A DNA stretch of 64,000 bases, from contig WTIO01000044.1 of NCBI GenBank assembly GCA_011526365.1, positions 106,791-170,790 on the forward strand. Reading direction: 5' to 3'. Positions 18,208 through 28,168 of this stretch are shown here, in pieces. The DNA comes from Flavobacteriales bacterium. GTDB lineage: Bacteria; Bacteroidota; Bacteroidia; Flavobacteriales; Flavobacteriaceae. The notes beneath the pieces were generated by a model. The model did no database searches, was not told where the DNA came from, and was given only the letters and a program-made list of their open reading frames with translations. The translations under genes and the position numbers were made by a program. Numbering within the stretch: the first letter of the stretch is position 1; each line of letters begins with the position of its first letter.

Positions 18208-19893
18208 ATGAAAATCATTCGTTTCGTAGGCATTGTTGTCATCTTAGGGCTGTTCCCCTACAGCTGCGCTAAAAAAGGAACCCCCACAGGAGGGGCCAAA
18301 GACAGTATTCCCCCTGTGCTGATGAATGCTTCGCCCAAACAAAACACCCTGTTTTTTGACAAAAATGAAATTACCCTAACTTTTGACGAATACATTAAAC
18401 TGGAGGATTTAAGTAAACAATTAATTATTTCTCCACCCCTAGAGTCGGACAAATACGATGTGGAACCCAAAACCACCATTTCAAAAAAAATTGTCATTGA
18501 ACTGTTGGACAGTTTGGCCCCCGAAACTACCTACACCTTTAATTTTGGCGAAAGCGTTGTAGACAATAACGAAGGCAATGTATTGCCCTTTTTTAGCTAT
18601 ACACTTTCCACCGGCAGCACCATCGACTCGCTCACCCTGCGCGGTAAAGTACTGGACGCCTTTGATGCCGAAACTGACCCCTATATTTCCTTACAGCTAT
18701 ATCCTGTGGACAGCGCCTATACTGACTCCACAGTGTACAAACAAGCTCCCTTGTATGTTTCAAGCACTTTGGATTCTACCCTCTATCGCTTTCAAAATTT
18801 AAAGGCGGGCACCTATGAGATTATCGCCCTAAGAGATGCCGCCAGTAATTATTTTTTCGATCAAAACACCGATAAAATTGGATTCTACGACCGGTATATT
18901 ACCCTCCCACAGGACAGTGTTATTGACCTCAAAATATTTAAAGAAATTACCAATTTCAGCTGGGCACGCCCTTATTTTGTGAATGACCATCATATTGGTT
19001 TGCCCTACTACGGCAAGTATTCCAACCAGGAAATGAAAATGATTAGTGAAGTTCCTGAAACATTTGAAAGTTTAATCACAAAAAATCCAGAAACCGACAC
19101 CTTGAATTATTGGTTTAAGGGAGCCACCTTAGATTCCCTAAAATTTGAATACGCTTTAGCAGATTCCCTGCGTACAACCACCGTAAAGTTTAACAAACCC
19201 GTTGCAGATTCGCTGGTGGTAACTGCTATTACAGGCCGATCGCTCAACCTTAGGGACACTTTTCAACTAAAAAGCAACCTTCCTATCGTTGCGGTAAATC
19301 CCCAAAAAATAGCTGTTGAAAATATTGATTCAACGGCAGTGCCTTTTACCACTTCCATCAATTCAAATTACGATAAAGTGGCCCTCATTTTTGACATTGC
19401 CCCCAGTGACAAGTACCAGATCAAATTACTGCCCGAAGCTCTAGTTGATTTTTTTGACAATACCCACGATACGTTGAGTTTTGAAACTAGCACCAAAAAA
19501 ATTGAAGACTATGGAACCATCATTATTCGGCTGGAATATTTGGACAACACCCCTTACATCCTAGAAGTGGTAAACAGGGATAAGGTAGTGCGAAAAGTAA
19601 GCGATACCAATGGGCAACAACGCTTTACCTTTGACTTGCTCCCCCCAGGGAACTACACCCTGCGTTTTATAGTGGATGCCAACGGTAACCAACAATGGGA
19701 TACCGGGAATTACCTAAAAAAAGTACAAGCAGAAGAAGTCCTGTATTTTCCAACGCCCATTGAGCTTCGTGCCAACTGGGACATCAACGAGGTGATTAAC
19801 GTAGCTCAAATTCGTCGCGATCTTCAAGAAACGGCAACTGCGTCCGCAACGCTTGAAGCGAATCCCAATTCAACGTCGCAAGAAGAGCTGTAG
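18208..19893 (+). CDS. Ig-like domain-containing lipoprotein (conserved Bacteroidota protein of unknown function)
   Basis: Signal peptide plus lipobox (LGLFPYSCAKKG), the N-terminal DSIPPVL motif typical of SbsA-Ig-like domain proteins, and beta-rich sequence. The ATG at 18208 is preferred over the TTG at 18187. Confidence 0.65.
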   Translation: MKIIRFVGIVVILGLFPYSCAKKGTPTGGAKDSIPPVLMNASPKQNTLFFDKNEITLTFDEYIKLEDLSKQLIISPPLESDKYDVEPKTTISKKIVIELLDSLAPETTYTFNFGESVVDNNEGNVLPFFSYTLSTGSTIDSLTLRGKVLDAFDAETDPYISLQLYPVDSAYTDSTVYKQAPLYVSSTLDSTLYRFQNLKAGTYEIIALRDAASNYFFDQNTDKIGFYDRYITLPQDSVIDLKIFKEITNFSWARPYFVNDHHIGLPYYGKYSNQEMKMISEVPETFESLITKNPETDTLNYWFKGATLDSLKFEYALADSLRTTTVKFNKPVADSLVVTAITGRSLNLRDTFQLKSNLPIVAVNPQKIAVENIDSTAVPFTTSINSNYDKVALIFDIAPSDKYQIKLLPEALVDFFDNTHDTLSFETSTKKIEDYGTIIIRLEYLDNTPYILEVVNRDKVVRKVSDTNGQQRFTFDLLPPGNYTLRFIVDANGNQQWDTGNYLKKVQAEEVLYFPTPIELRANWDINEVINVAQIRRDLQETATASATLEANPNSTSQEEL

Positions 19894-20590
19894 CCTTTTC
19901 TTCAAGTGGTCCACAAAGCGCTGCTCCCAAAGCGTCATACACCGCACTATGCCCTGGATATTCATGTCCATTGGGGTCGGTGCCCACACGATTAACGCCA
20001 ATGCAATACGCCATATTTTCTATGGCACGTGCCTGGAGTAAGGTATCCCATGCATGTATTCGCGGACGCGGCCAATTGGCGGTGTACAGCAGTACATCGT
20101 AATCGGATGCGTTGCGTGACCAAACAGGGAACCGCAAATCGTAGCAGATACGCAAACATATTTTCCAGCCCTTGTATTCTACTATACCGTCTTGTGTGCC
20201 TTGTGAATACACCTCACTTTCCCCTGCAAGGGTAAACGTATGTCGTTTGTCATAGGTAGTTAGGTCTCCTTCGGGGGAAACAAAAAGCAAACGATTGTAA
20301 TAGTGCTCCCCGTCTTTAATGGCAACACTGCCAACTATTGCGCAGTGCTTTTTCTTGGCTTGCTCCAGAAGCCAAGCCACTGTTGGGCCTTGCATGTTTT
20401 CGGCAACGGCATGTGGAGCCATTGTAAATCCTGTAGTAAACATTTCTGGCAACACTGCCACATCCACCTCCGCCGCTAAGGCTTCTAGCAAAGCAGCATA
20501 CTGCGTCCTGTTTTGCTGCGGTGCCTCCCAAACAATGCTTGCTTGCAGCAGGGCTACAGTTAAATCGGTTTTTTTATCTTGCTGATTCAT
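19796..20590 (-). CDS. Carbon-nitrogen hydrolase family amidohydrolase (omega-amidase YafV-like)
   Basis: Nitrilase-superfamily E-K-C context: VAVLPEMF, YDKRHTF and CLRICYDLRFP. The ATG at 20590 is preferred over the TTG at 20599. Confidence 0.8.
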   Translation of the reverse strand: MNQQDKKTDLTVALLQASIVWEAPQQNRTQYAALLEALAAEVDVAVLPEMFTTGFTMAPHAVAENMQGPTVAWLLEQAKKKHCAIVGSVAIKDGEHYYNRLLFVSPEGDLTTYDKRHTFTLAGESEVYSQGTQDGIVEYKGWKICLRICYDLRFPVWSRNASDYDVLLYTANWPRPRIHAWDTLLQARAIENMAYCIGVNRVGTDPNGHEYPGHSAVYDALGAALCGPLEEKATALLATLNWDSLQALRTQLPFLEDRDEFELR

Positions 20591-20621
20591 TAAGAACAAA
20601 CTAATAAATTTATATCGATCT

Positions 20622-21773
20622 ATGCGTTTCCTCTTCCTCTTTTTTAGTCTACTCCTCCTTGCACCAAGCCTTCAAGGACAATACTACTTCCCCGATCGTG
20701 GTGCAGAATGGGAAACCCAACCCGCAGAACGCTTTGGATTGGATGCTGAAAAAATACAGGATGTTGTAGCTTTTGCACTTGCCAATGAATACAGTGAAAG
20801 CCGGGATTTGCGTGTTGCCATTTTAAAAGGCTTCGCCCGCGAACCCTACCACAAACTTTTGGGGCCCACCAAAAAACGTGGTGGCCCTGCAGGAATGATC
20901 CTAAAAAACGGCTACCGTATTGCTTCGTGGGGGGATACCAAACGGGTGGATATGACCTTTAGCGTGACTAAAAGTTACCTTTCTACTGTGGCTGGACTCG
21001 CCTTGGCCCAAGGGCTAATCCAAAATTTAAATGACCCTGTGAAAAAGTATGTTTGGGATACTACTTTTGATGGGGAACACAATAGTGCTATTTACTGGAC
21101 CCATTTGCTACAACAAACCTCTGACTGGTCTGGGAGTCTTTGGGATTCTTACGATTGGGCCGACCGCCCCCCACGAGAGGGAGGCGTAGATGATTGGAAA
21201 AACCGAAAACTGCATGCCCCCGGAACACACTATAAATACAACGATGTACGTGTAAATGTTTTGGCCTACAGTCTGTTGCAAGTGTTGCGTAAACCCCTTC
21301 CTGCGGTCCTTAAAGAGCACATCATGGATCCCATTGGCGCTTCTTCCACCTGGCGTTGGTTTGGCTACGAAAACTCCTGGGTAAATGTAGACGGACAGTG
21401 GATGCAATCAGTTTCTGGAGGGGGACATTCCGGAGGGGGTGTGTTTATTAGTACCGAAGATCACGCGCGCTTTGGCTTGCTGTTTTTAGCACAAGGGAAA
21501 TGGAAAGAACAGCAGTTGTTTCCCAAAAATTGGGTCGATAAAGTAGTACAGCCTGCAGCAGCAAACCCCAATTACGGGATGATGTGGTGGCTGAACAACC
21601 CTAAAGGCAGTAACTATATTCCAGAGATTTCTGACAAGATGTATTATGCCGCAGGCTTTGGGGGAAACTTTATTTTTGTATTCCCCGAAGAAGATATGGT
21701 GGTGGTTACCCGTTGGCTAGAATCAGGTCAGCGCGCTGCTTTTCTCAAAAAACTCGCGGCAGCATTGAATTAA
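20622..21773 (+). CDS. Secreted serine hydrolase (beta-lactamase-related)
   Basis: Signal peptide and an SxxK motif (SVTKS). Confidence 0.7.
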   Translation: MRFLFLFFSLLLLAPSLQGQYYFPDRGAEWETQPAERFGLDAEKIQDVVAFALANEYSESRDLRVAILKGFAREPYHKLLGPTKKRGGPAGMILKNGYRIASWGDTKRVDMTFSVTKSYLSTVAGLALAQGLIQNLNDPVKKYVWDTTFDGEHNSAIYWTHLLQQTSDWSGSLWDSYDWADRPPREGGVDDWKNRKLHAPGTHYKYNDVRVNVLAYSLLQVLRKPLPAVLKEHIMDPIGASSTWRWFGYENSWVNVDGQWMQSVSGGGHSGGGVFISTEDHARFGLLFLAQGKWKEQQLFPKNWVDKVVQPAAANPNYGMMWWLNNPKGSNYIPEISDKMYYAAGFGGNFIFVFPEEDMVVVTRWLESGQRAAFLKKLAAALN

Positions 21774-22987
21774 ATTTGCTGCTCCTCGGTGATTTCAGGA
21801 TACAAAAAATGGTTGTAGGGAAAGCGACTAATATGAATTTCTCGTACCGCCTTATACACCTCTTGACGGAATTCATTTAAATTCATTTTATCAATAGCCG
21901 AAATAAAAAGGGTCTTGTGGGAGGCTGTATGCATCCAGGTGGTTTTCCATTCTTCCAGTGAATAGTGCTGGCGTCCACGCTGTTCAATCAAATTCGCGTC
22001 GTCCCATGGCTCGGGAGTATAGGCATCAATTTTATTGAACACCATAAGCGTGGGTTTCTCTGCTGCCCCAATTTCTTGAAGAATTTCGTTCACCGCTTCA
22101 ATATGGGCTTCAAAACTTGGGTGGGAAATGTCCACCACGTGCAGCAATAAGTCGGCTTCTTGCACCTCATCCAAAGTACTTTTAAAGGATTCCACCAATT
22201 GGGTGGGTAATTTTCGAATAAACCCAACCGTATCACTCATTAAAAAAGGAAGGTTTCCTATGACCACCTTCCGAACAGTGGTGTCTAGGGTAGCAAAAAG
22301 TTTATTTTCTGCGAAGACATCACTTTTGGCCACGGTGTTCATCAAGGTAGATTTACCCACGTTGGTGTAGCCTACAAGGGCCACGCGCACCAAAGCACCG
22401 CGGTTTCCCCGTTGGGTAGCCATTTGCTTGTCTATGGTTTGAAGTTTCTTTTTTAACAGGGCAATCTTATCTCGAACAATCCGGCGGTCGGTTTCAATTT
22501 CTGTTTCCCCGGGGCCACGCATTCCAATTCCCCCACGTTGTCGTTCCAAGTGGGTCCACAGGCCTTTGAGCCGTGGGAGTAAATATTCATACTGTGCCAA
22601 TTCCACCTGAGCACGGGCGTAACTGGTTTTTGCGCGTTGGGCAAAAATATCTAGAATTAGGCCAGTGCGGTCGAGAATTTTACACCGCAACAGTTTTTCA
22701 ATATTCCCTTGTTGGGCAGGGGTTAGCTCGTCGTCAAAAATTACCGTGCTTACGTCGTTCTCATTTACATAGGCCAGCACCTCCTGTATCTTTCCACTGC
22801 CAATAAAGGTTTTGGGATGCGGGGTGGCCAAAGCCTGAGTAAATCGCTGAATTACTTTTCCCCCAGCAGTGAAGGAGAGAAATTCCAATTCATCCAAATA
22901 TTCTTTAAGGGTATCGGCATTTTGCTTCCCGGTAACAATCCCAATGAGGACGGTGTTTTCGTAATTAAATTCTTTTTTTTCAATCAT
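21770..22987 (-). CDS. hflX: GTPase HflX
   Basis: G1 GYTNVGKST, G3 DTVGF and G4 NKID motifs, plus an HflX-type N-terminal domain. Confidence 0.92.
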   Translation of the reverse strand: MIEKKEFNYENTVLIGIVTGKQNADTLKEYLDELEFLSFTAGGKVIQRFTQALATPHPKTFIGSGKIQEVLAYVNENDVSTVIFDDELTPAQQGNIEKLLRCKILDRTGLILDIFAQRAKTSYARAQVELAQYEYLLPRLKGLWTHLERQRGGIGMRGPGETEIETDRRIVRDKIALLKKKLQTIDKQMATQRGNRGALVRVALVGYTNVGKSTLMNTVAKSDVFAENKLFATLDTTVRKVVIGNLPFLMSDTVGFIRKLPTQLVESFKSTLDEVQEADLLLHVVDISHPSFEAHIEAVNEILQEIGAAEKPTLMVFNKIDAYTPEPWDDANLIEQRGRQHYSLEEWKTTWMHTASHKTLFISAIDKMNLNEFRQEVYKAVREIHISRFPYNHFLYPEITEEQQI

Positions 22988-23772
22988 CCTTTTGCCCCTT
23001 CCCAGGTTTTTAAAATCAGCTTTCCTTCAGAAAACTCAGCATAGGTGTAATGGGTAATCCAATCGCCAATGTTCATATACACCGAAGTAGCATTTATTGG
23101 AATTTCCAAAGGCAGGTGGCGGTGTCCAAACACATAGTAGTCGCGGTGTTGCTCAGCTTCTTTCCTGCGACTGTACTGGGCCAGCCATTCTTCATCTTCC
23201 CCTAAAAACCGTTGGTCTTCATCACCGGAAATCAGCTTATTTTTTGTGGACAAATACTGTGCCAAGGCAACCCCTAAATCGGGGTGAAACCAACGAAAAA
23301 GCGTTTGAAAAAACGGGTTTGTAAATACTTTTTTCATGCGCTTATACCCCTTGTCGTTGGGCCCTAAGCCATCGCCATGGCCAATGAGAAAACGCGTGTC
23401 GTTCAGTTGGAATTCTTGTGGTTGATGAAATACGGGGATTCCCAATTCTGACGAAAAATAATCCTTCATCCACAAATCGTGGTTTCCTACGAAATAGTAG
23501 ATGGGCAGGCCTGCATCGGCCATTTGTGCGAGCTTCCCTAAAATTCGAACAAAACCTTTGGGCACCACCTTTTTATATTCAAACCAAAAGTCAAAAAGGT
23601 CTCCCAAAAGAAAAAGGGCCCCCGCTTTGGGATGAATGTACTCCAGCCAGTCTAAAAATTGACGTTCCCGTTGTTTGCTTTCCGCAGGGGTCGGCGCGCC
23701 AAAATGTTGATCTGAAGCAAAATAAATGGGTTGGTCCGTTCGGAGCTCCATAACACTGTATTGCTGCAACAA
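22984..23772 (-). CDS. lpxH: UDP-2,3-diacylglucosamine diphosphatase
   Basis: Calcineurin-like metallophosphoesterase motifs SDQHFG, GDLFDFWFEY, GNHD and GHRH. Overlaps hflX by 4 nt. Confidence 0.85.
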   Translation of the reverse strand: MLQQYSVMELRTDQPIYFASDQHFGAPTPAESKQRERQFLDWLEYIHPKAGALFLLGDLFDFWFEYKKVVPKGFVRILGKLAQMADAGLPIYYFVGNHDLWMKDYFSSELGIPVFHQPQEFQLNDTRFLIGHGDGLGPNDKGYKRMKKVFTNPFFQTLFRWFHPDLGVALAQYLSTKNKLISGDEDQRFLGEDEEWLAQYSRRKEAEQHRDYYVFGHRHLPLEIPINATSVYMNIGDWITHYTYAEFSEGKLILKTWEGAKG

Positions 23773-23789
23773 AGGTAATAAATCGGGGC

Positions 23790-24941
23790 TTAGCTGAGGG
23801 CTTGATCCAAATCGGCAATTAAATCTTCTACAGCTTCTATGCCTACACTCAACCGAATTAAGGCATCAACTACGCCACTTTTTTCTCGAATGGCTTTAGG
23901 AATGGAGGCGTGTGTCATACTGGCGGGGTGGCCTACCAGACTTTCTATACCCCCTAGGGATTCTGCTAGTGTAAAGATTTTTAAGGAAGTGATGATTTTT
24001 TGTGCCATAGCAAAGGAGCTTTTTTCGGGCACAAAGGAAAGCATCCCACCAAAGGCATTCATTTGTTGTTTTGCCACTGTGTGATTGGGGTGGGTTTCAA
24101 ACCCAGGCCAATAGACCTGTTCAATTTTTGGATGTTGCTGAAGAAACGCTGCTATTTGAGCTGCATTTTCACAATGGCGTTCCATGCGTACATGTAGGGT
24201 TTTTATGCCACGAAGCACTAAAAAACAATCCATAGGGCTGGGTACTGCACCACTGGCATTTTGAATAAACCGCAGGCGTTCGGCCAGGGTGTCGTCATTT
24301 ACCACCAGGCTTCCCAAAATAACATCGGAATGTCCGGCTAGGTATTTGGTAGCGGAATGCATGACAATATCGGCTCCAAACTCAAGGGGCTGCTGCAAAT
24401 AGGGTGACGCAAAAGTATTGTCCACCGCTAGGGTAATGTTGTGGGCTTTTGCAAGCTCTGCCATCCCTTTGAGGTCAATGATATTCATCATGGGATTGGT
24501 GGGGGTTTCCACCCAAAACAGTTTGGTTTTAGGGGTAATATGTTGTGCTACTGTTGCTGTATCTCGCATGGGGATAAAGCGGAATACTAAGCCGTAAGCT
24601 TCAAATATTTTTGTAAACAACCGATAGGACCCTCCGTAGAGATCGTCAGTCGCCAGGATCTCATCCCCAGGTTGCAAGAGTTTCATCACCGCATCCATGG
24701 CTGCTAAACCCGAGGCAAAGGCCATGCCGTGTTTTCCATTTTCAATGGCGGCAATGTTTTTTTCTAAAGCTGTTCGTGTGGGGTTATGGGTTCTGCTATA
24801 CTCATACCCTTTGTGGTCTCCAGGAGCGCTTTGAGCATAGGTGGAGGTCATATACACTGGGGGCATTACTGCACCAAATGCAGGATCAGGAGCCTGTCCA
24901 CCATGAATGGTTAGGCTGTTGAAGTGTAGTTTTTTCTTCAA
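23790..24941 (-). CDS. Cys/Met-metabolism PLP-dependent enzyme (cystathionine gamma-synthase/beta-lyase/gamma-lyase family)
   Basis: Contains SATKYLAGHSD (PLP Lys) and N-terminal LTIHGG...PPVYMTSTY. The only start upstream of the conserved N-terminus is the TTG at 24941. Confidence 0.88.
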   Translation of the reverse strand: MKKKLHFNSLTIHGGQAPDPAFGAVMPPVYMTSTYAQSAPGDHKGYEYSRTHNPTRTALEKNIAAIENGKHGMAFASGLAAMDAVMKLLQPGDEILATDDLYGGSYRLFTKIFEAYGLVFRFIPMRDTATVAQHITPKTKLFWVETPTNPMMNIIDLKGMAELAKAHNITLAVDNTFASPYLQQPLEFGADIVMHSATKYLAGHSDVILGSLVVNDDTLAERLRFIQNASGAVPSPMDCFLVLRGIKTLHVRMERHCENAAQIAAFLQQHPKIEQVYWPGFETHPNHTVAKQQMNAFGGMLSFVPEKSSFAMAQKIITSLKIFTLAESLGGIESLVGHPASMTHASIPKAIREKSGVVDALIRLSVGIEAVEDLIADLDQALS

Positions 24942-25041
24942 AATAAATACAATTGAAATTGTGATTTAAAGGTATTCAATTTCTAGCTTTTAGCAGCAGA
25001 TTCCGCGAAAATGGTTTTCTTTGTGAGGAAAACAATTTGCC

Positions 25042-25395
25042 ATGGGAACCTTTTATTATTTAAGCAGTTGCGATACTTGTAAACGCATTATGAATGGCAT
25101 TAATTTCCCCGAAGGCATTGCCTTGGTGGACATAAAATCATCTCCCCTAAGTGGAGCGCAAATTGACGCTTTGCAAGCCCTTAGTGGTAGTTATGAAGCG
25201 CTCATTAACAAACGTGCACAGCGGTACAAAGCCCAAAATATAAAAGAGCAAAACTTAGACGAGGCAGGATTTAGAAACCTACTCCTTGAGCACTATACGT
25301 TTTTAAAACGCCCTGTACTTCAGGTAAACAACAAAATTTTTATCGGAAACAGCGCGGCCAATGTAGCTGCCATTAAAGCGTTCTTTAGTGAATAA
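25042..25395 (+). CDS. ArsC/Spx/MgsR-family protein (arsenate reductase-like thioredoxin fold)
   Basis: 117 aa with N-terminal YYLSSCDTCKR and C-terminal LLEHYTFLKRPVL, typical of the family. Confidence 0.7.
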   Translation: MGTFYYLSSCDTCKRIMNGINFPEGIALVDIKSSPLSGAQIDALQALSGSYEALINKRAQRYKAQNIKEQNLDEAGFRNLLLEHYTFLKRPVLQVNNKIFIGNSAANVAAIKAFFSE

Positions 25396-26284
25396 TCGGG
25401 TGGTAGCATTATTGGCTGCACTAGGGGCGACCACCATTTATGGTTTAAATCACACCATTGCTAAAGTAGTGATGCCCAATTATATTGGGGCCTTTGGATT
25501 TATTATGCTTCGGGTTACTGGAGCTGCTGCCCTTTTTTGGTTCTTTAGTATTTGGACACCCAAAGAGCGCATTGAAAAATCAGACTATAAAAGAATCTTT
25601 TTTGCTGCTCTTTTGGGTATGTGTATTAATATGTTGATGTTTTTTAAAGGGCTAGAACTGTCTACCCCAATCAACAGTGGTGTTATTGTTACCCTTACCC
25701 CAATAATTGTCTTTGTGCTTTCGGTGCTGTTTTTAAATGAAAGTTTAGGCTGGCGAAAAGTAGCGGGAATTGTCCTTGGGTTTTCAGGTGCCTTAATCCT
25801 CATTTTGTACGGGAAAAAAGAAATGGCCAACGCTCCTAATATCCCCTTGGGCAACCTATTATTTTTAATTAATGCCTGCAGCTTTGGAGCCTATCTGATT
25901 CTAGTAAAACCCCTTACCAAAAAATACCACACGTTTACTTTAATGAAGTGGATGTTTCTACTCGGAATACTGATGACCTTCCCAATTACCTATCAAGAAT
26001 TTTTTGCTGTGCAATGGGGACAATTGCCTTTTGATGCCATATGGCGCATGGCCTTTGTGGTTATTGGGACTACCTTTTTAACCTATATGCTGAATGTTTA
26101 TGCCTTAAAAACATTAGCTGCTACTACTGTAGGTGCTTTTATTTATTTACAGCCACTTATTGCCATTGTGTATGCCCTTGCCACAAACAACGATGTACTT
26201 GATATTACAAAAGCTGGCGCCGGGGTGCTTGTACTTTTAGGGGTGTACTTGGTCACTCAAAAAAAGCGCGTTGTAACACCTTAA
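25388..26284 (+). CDS. DMT-superfamily (EamA-like) transporter
   Basis: 298 aa with about 10 hydrophobic helices in two similar halves. GTG start at 25388, overlapping the upstream stop codon. Confidence 0.8.
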   Translation: MNNRVVALLAALGATTIYGLNHTIAKVVMPNYIGAFGFIMLRVTGAAALFWFFSIWTPKERIEKSDYKRIFFAALLGMCINMLMFFKGLELSTPINSGVIVTLTPIIVFVLSVLFLNESLGWRKVAGIVLGFSGALILILYGKKEMANAPNIPLGNLLFLINACSFGAYLILVKPLTKKYHTFTLMKWMFLLGILMTFPITYQEFFAVQWGQLPFDAIWRMAFVVIGTTFLTYMLNVYALKTLAATTVGAFIYLQPLIAIVYALATNNDVLDITKAGAGVLVLLGVYLVTQKKRVVTP

Positions 26285-27573
26285 AAGCCTGTTTGAGCGA
26301 GGACGAGAAGTAAAGCAAATTGAATGGCCTCGTGCCCTTTGTCGTTGTACCACCATTCGTCCAAAGAATGGGCCTTGCCTCCAGAGCCACCTCTGCCCAC
26401 TGTAACAGCAGGAATCCCCTTTGATATAGGAATATTAGCATCTGTGGAGCCCCGGGTTAAACGCGGAGTTTTTCCAAAAAAACGTGTAGCGGCCATCGCT
26501 TGTTGAATGAGCGGTAAAGAAGTGGACAGTTCCCCAGAGGGGCGATTTCCAATCTTCTCAAAGTTTAAAGTTAAATCGGGGCCTTGGCGCTTGCGAGTAT
26601 TTTGCAGTGCCAGGGCCTCTTCACTGGCCTGTAATAACAGTTTTTCCATAGCATCTAAACGGGCGGGGGCTACCGAACGAATATCTACCAACATGCTCGA
26701 TGAAAAAGGAATGGAATTAATGGACGTTCCTCCTTCAATCACCCCAACATTATAACTTGTTCGCGGGCCCGAAGCAGTGTAGGTGTCGGCAAGGGCCACA
26801 AATTTGTCAATGGCGCTTCCTAAAGCATGATGGGGGTTTGCTAAACCAAAGGCCCCCCAAGAATGCCCCCCTGGGCCATCAAAAGTCACCTTATACCGAT
26901 AGGAGCCCAAGGCTTTGTTGTTAACACGGCCCAAACTCCCACCATCAATAGAAATCCAGCTGTCAATTTTAGGCCCTCTTGGGCTAAAGAGTTCTTTTAC
27001 ACCGCGCAGGTCACCTAAGCCCTCCTCTCCCACTGTAGCCACAAACAATAAATTTTCCTGTGGCTGAATATTGTTGGTTTTTAGGGTATTTAATAGGGTT
27101 AGTAACATGGCCAACCCGCGGGTGTCATCGCCAATACCTGGGGCATACAATGTATCATTACTCTGGCGCACACGCACATCGGTACCTTCAGGGAATACGG
27201 TATCTAAATGCGCGTTAATGGCAACTGTTTTAGTACCCCGAGTTCCCTTTAGCAGTCCGAGTACATTACCTTCGGAATCCACCCATAAGGAATCTACGCC
27301 TTCGGCTTTCATTTTTTCAGCAAATGCCTTGGCCCTCACTTCTTCTCGAAATGGGGGCGCAGGGATTTCAGTGAGTTCAATTAGCGTTGCTAAGGTTTGG
27401 GGTTCACGGGCCAAAATATGTTCAAAAGCCCGTTGTATCTTTTTGTTCTTGACTAATTTTTCAATTTGCCGCTGGTACTTTTTTTCTATTTGAGGAGATG
27501 CTTCCTGTGCTACAACTAAGGGGCTTACAAGAAGTAGGGCAAAGGCCCATAAATTGGATTTAACAAACTGCAT
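26281..27573 (-). CDS. Secreted M20-family metallopeptidase (peptidase T-like)
   Basis: Contains AHLDTVFP, GIGDDTRG and GEEGLGDLRG motifs. The signal peptide begins at the ATG at 27573; the alternative is a GTG at 27591. Confidence 0.8.
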   Translation of the reverse strand: MQFVKSNLWAFALLLVSPLVVAQEASPQIEKKYQRQIEKLVKNKKIQRAFEHILAREPQTLATLIELTEIPAPPFREEVRAKAFAEKMKAEGVDSLWVDSEGNVLGLLKGTRGTKTVAINAHLDTVFPEGTDVRVRQSNDTLYAPGIGDDTRGLAMLLTLLNTLKTNNIQPQENLLFVATVGEEGLGDLRGVKELFSPRGPKIDSWISIDGGSLGRVNNKALGSYRYKVTFDGPGGHSWGAFGLANPHHALGSAIDKFVALADTYTASGPRTSYNVGVIEGGTSINSIPFSSSMLVDIRSVAPARLDAMEKLLLQASEEALALQNTRKRQGPDLTLNFEKIGNRPSGELSTSLPLIQQAMAATRFFGKTPRLTRGSTDANIPISKGIPAVTVGRGGSGGKAHSLDEWWYNDKGHEAIQFALLLVLAQTGF

Positions 27574-27603
27574 ATTGTATTCTATTTTCACCTTTCAAAA
27601 TAG

Positions 27604-27645
27604 CACAAAATTCAGACATATATTTTGTTTTGCAGGAATTTTGTG
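27604..27645. promoter_or_regulatory. Inverted repeat CACAAAATTC-N22-GAATTTTGTG in the peptidase/cytochrome c divergent region
   Basis: Perfect 10-bp arms read directly. It lies 43-84 nt upstream of the cytochrome c ATG. Confidence 0.35.
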
Positions 27646-27687
27646 ATTGGTGCAAGTTTTTATTTTCTTTACTGAAAATTGATTTCT

Positions 27688-28164
27688 ATGAGATTTTTCA
27701 CCCTAGTGCTTTCCCTATCAGTTCTAACTGCCTGTGGTTCCAATGAAGGAAAAAAGAAAGGATTTGAATACAAACGCACTCAAAAGGAAGCTCCCAAAGT
27801 GGTGGTGGAAACAGGAAAAGCTCCAGTGGACTTATCCAACACCGGGATTGGTCCAATGACCTCATTAAGTTTTGAAGACGCTGTGGATGAAACTATGGCG
27901 GAAAAAGGAGCTGCTGCATTTAAACAAAAGTGTACTGCCTGTCACTACACCGACAAAAAACTCATTGGCCCTGCAATGAAGGGGATTTATGAAAGAAGAA
28001 ATCCTGCTTGGGTGATGAATATTTTGCTCAATCCCACAGAAATGCTTCAGAAGGACCCTATCGCCAAGGCGCTTTTAAAAGAATACAACAATATTCAAAT
28101 GCTCAACCAAAATTTGAGTCAAGAAGAAGCTCGCGCCATTGTAGAGTACTTGCGAACCCTTTAA
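27688..28164 (+). CDS. Mono-haem c-type cytochrome lipoprotein
   Basis: Lipobox VLTACG, CxxCH motif (CTACH) and a distal GPAM Met. The ATG at 27688 is preferred over the TTG at 27679. Confidence 0.85.
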   Translation: MRFFTLVLSLSVLTACGSNEGKKKGFEYKRTQKEAPKVVVETGKAPVDLSNTGIGPMTSLSFEDAVDETMAEKGAAAFKQKCTACHYTDKKLIGPAMKGIYERRNPAWVMNILLNPTEMLQKDPIAKALLKEYNNIQMLNQNLSQEEARAIVEYLRTL

Positions 28165-28168
28165 GTTC

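Noticed and set aside
24942-25041. A possible SAM or other riboswitch upstream of the trans-sulfuration gene. I also noted the 6-bp-arm palindrome ACAATT-ga-AATTGT (24949-24962) and a TATTTTTG that includes the TTG start codon.
   Set aside because: No SAM-I, SAM-II or SAM-V core sequences are visible in the 100-nt leader. The palindrome arms are short for AT-rich DNA. Using the TATTTTTG as a promoter would remove the conserved N-terminus of the enzyme.
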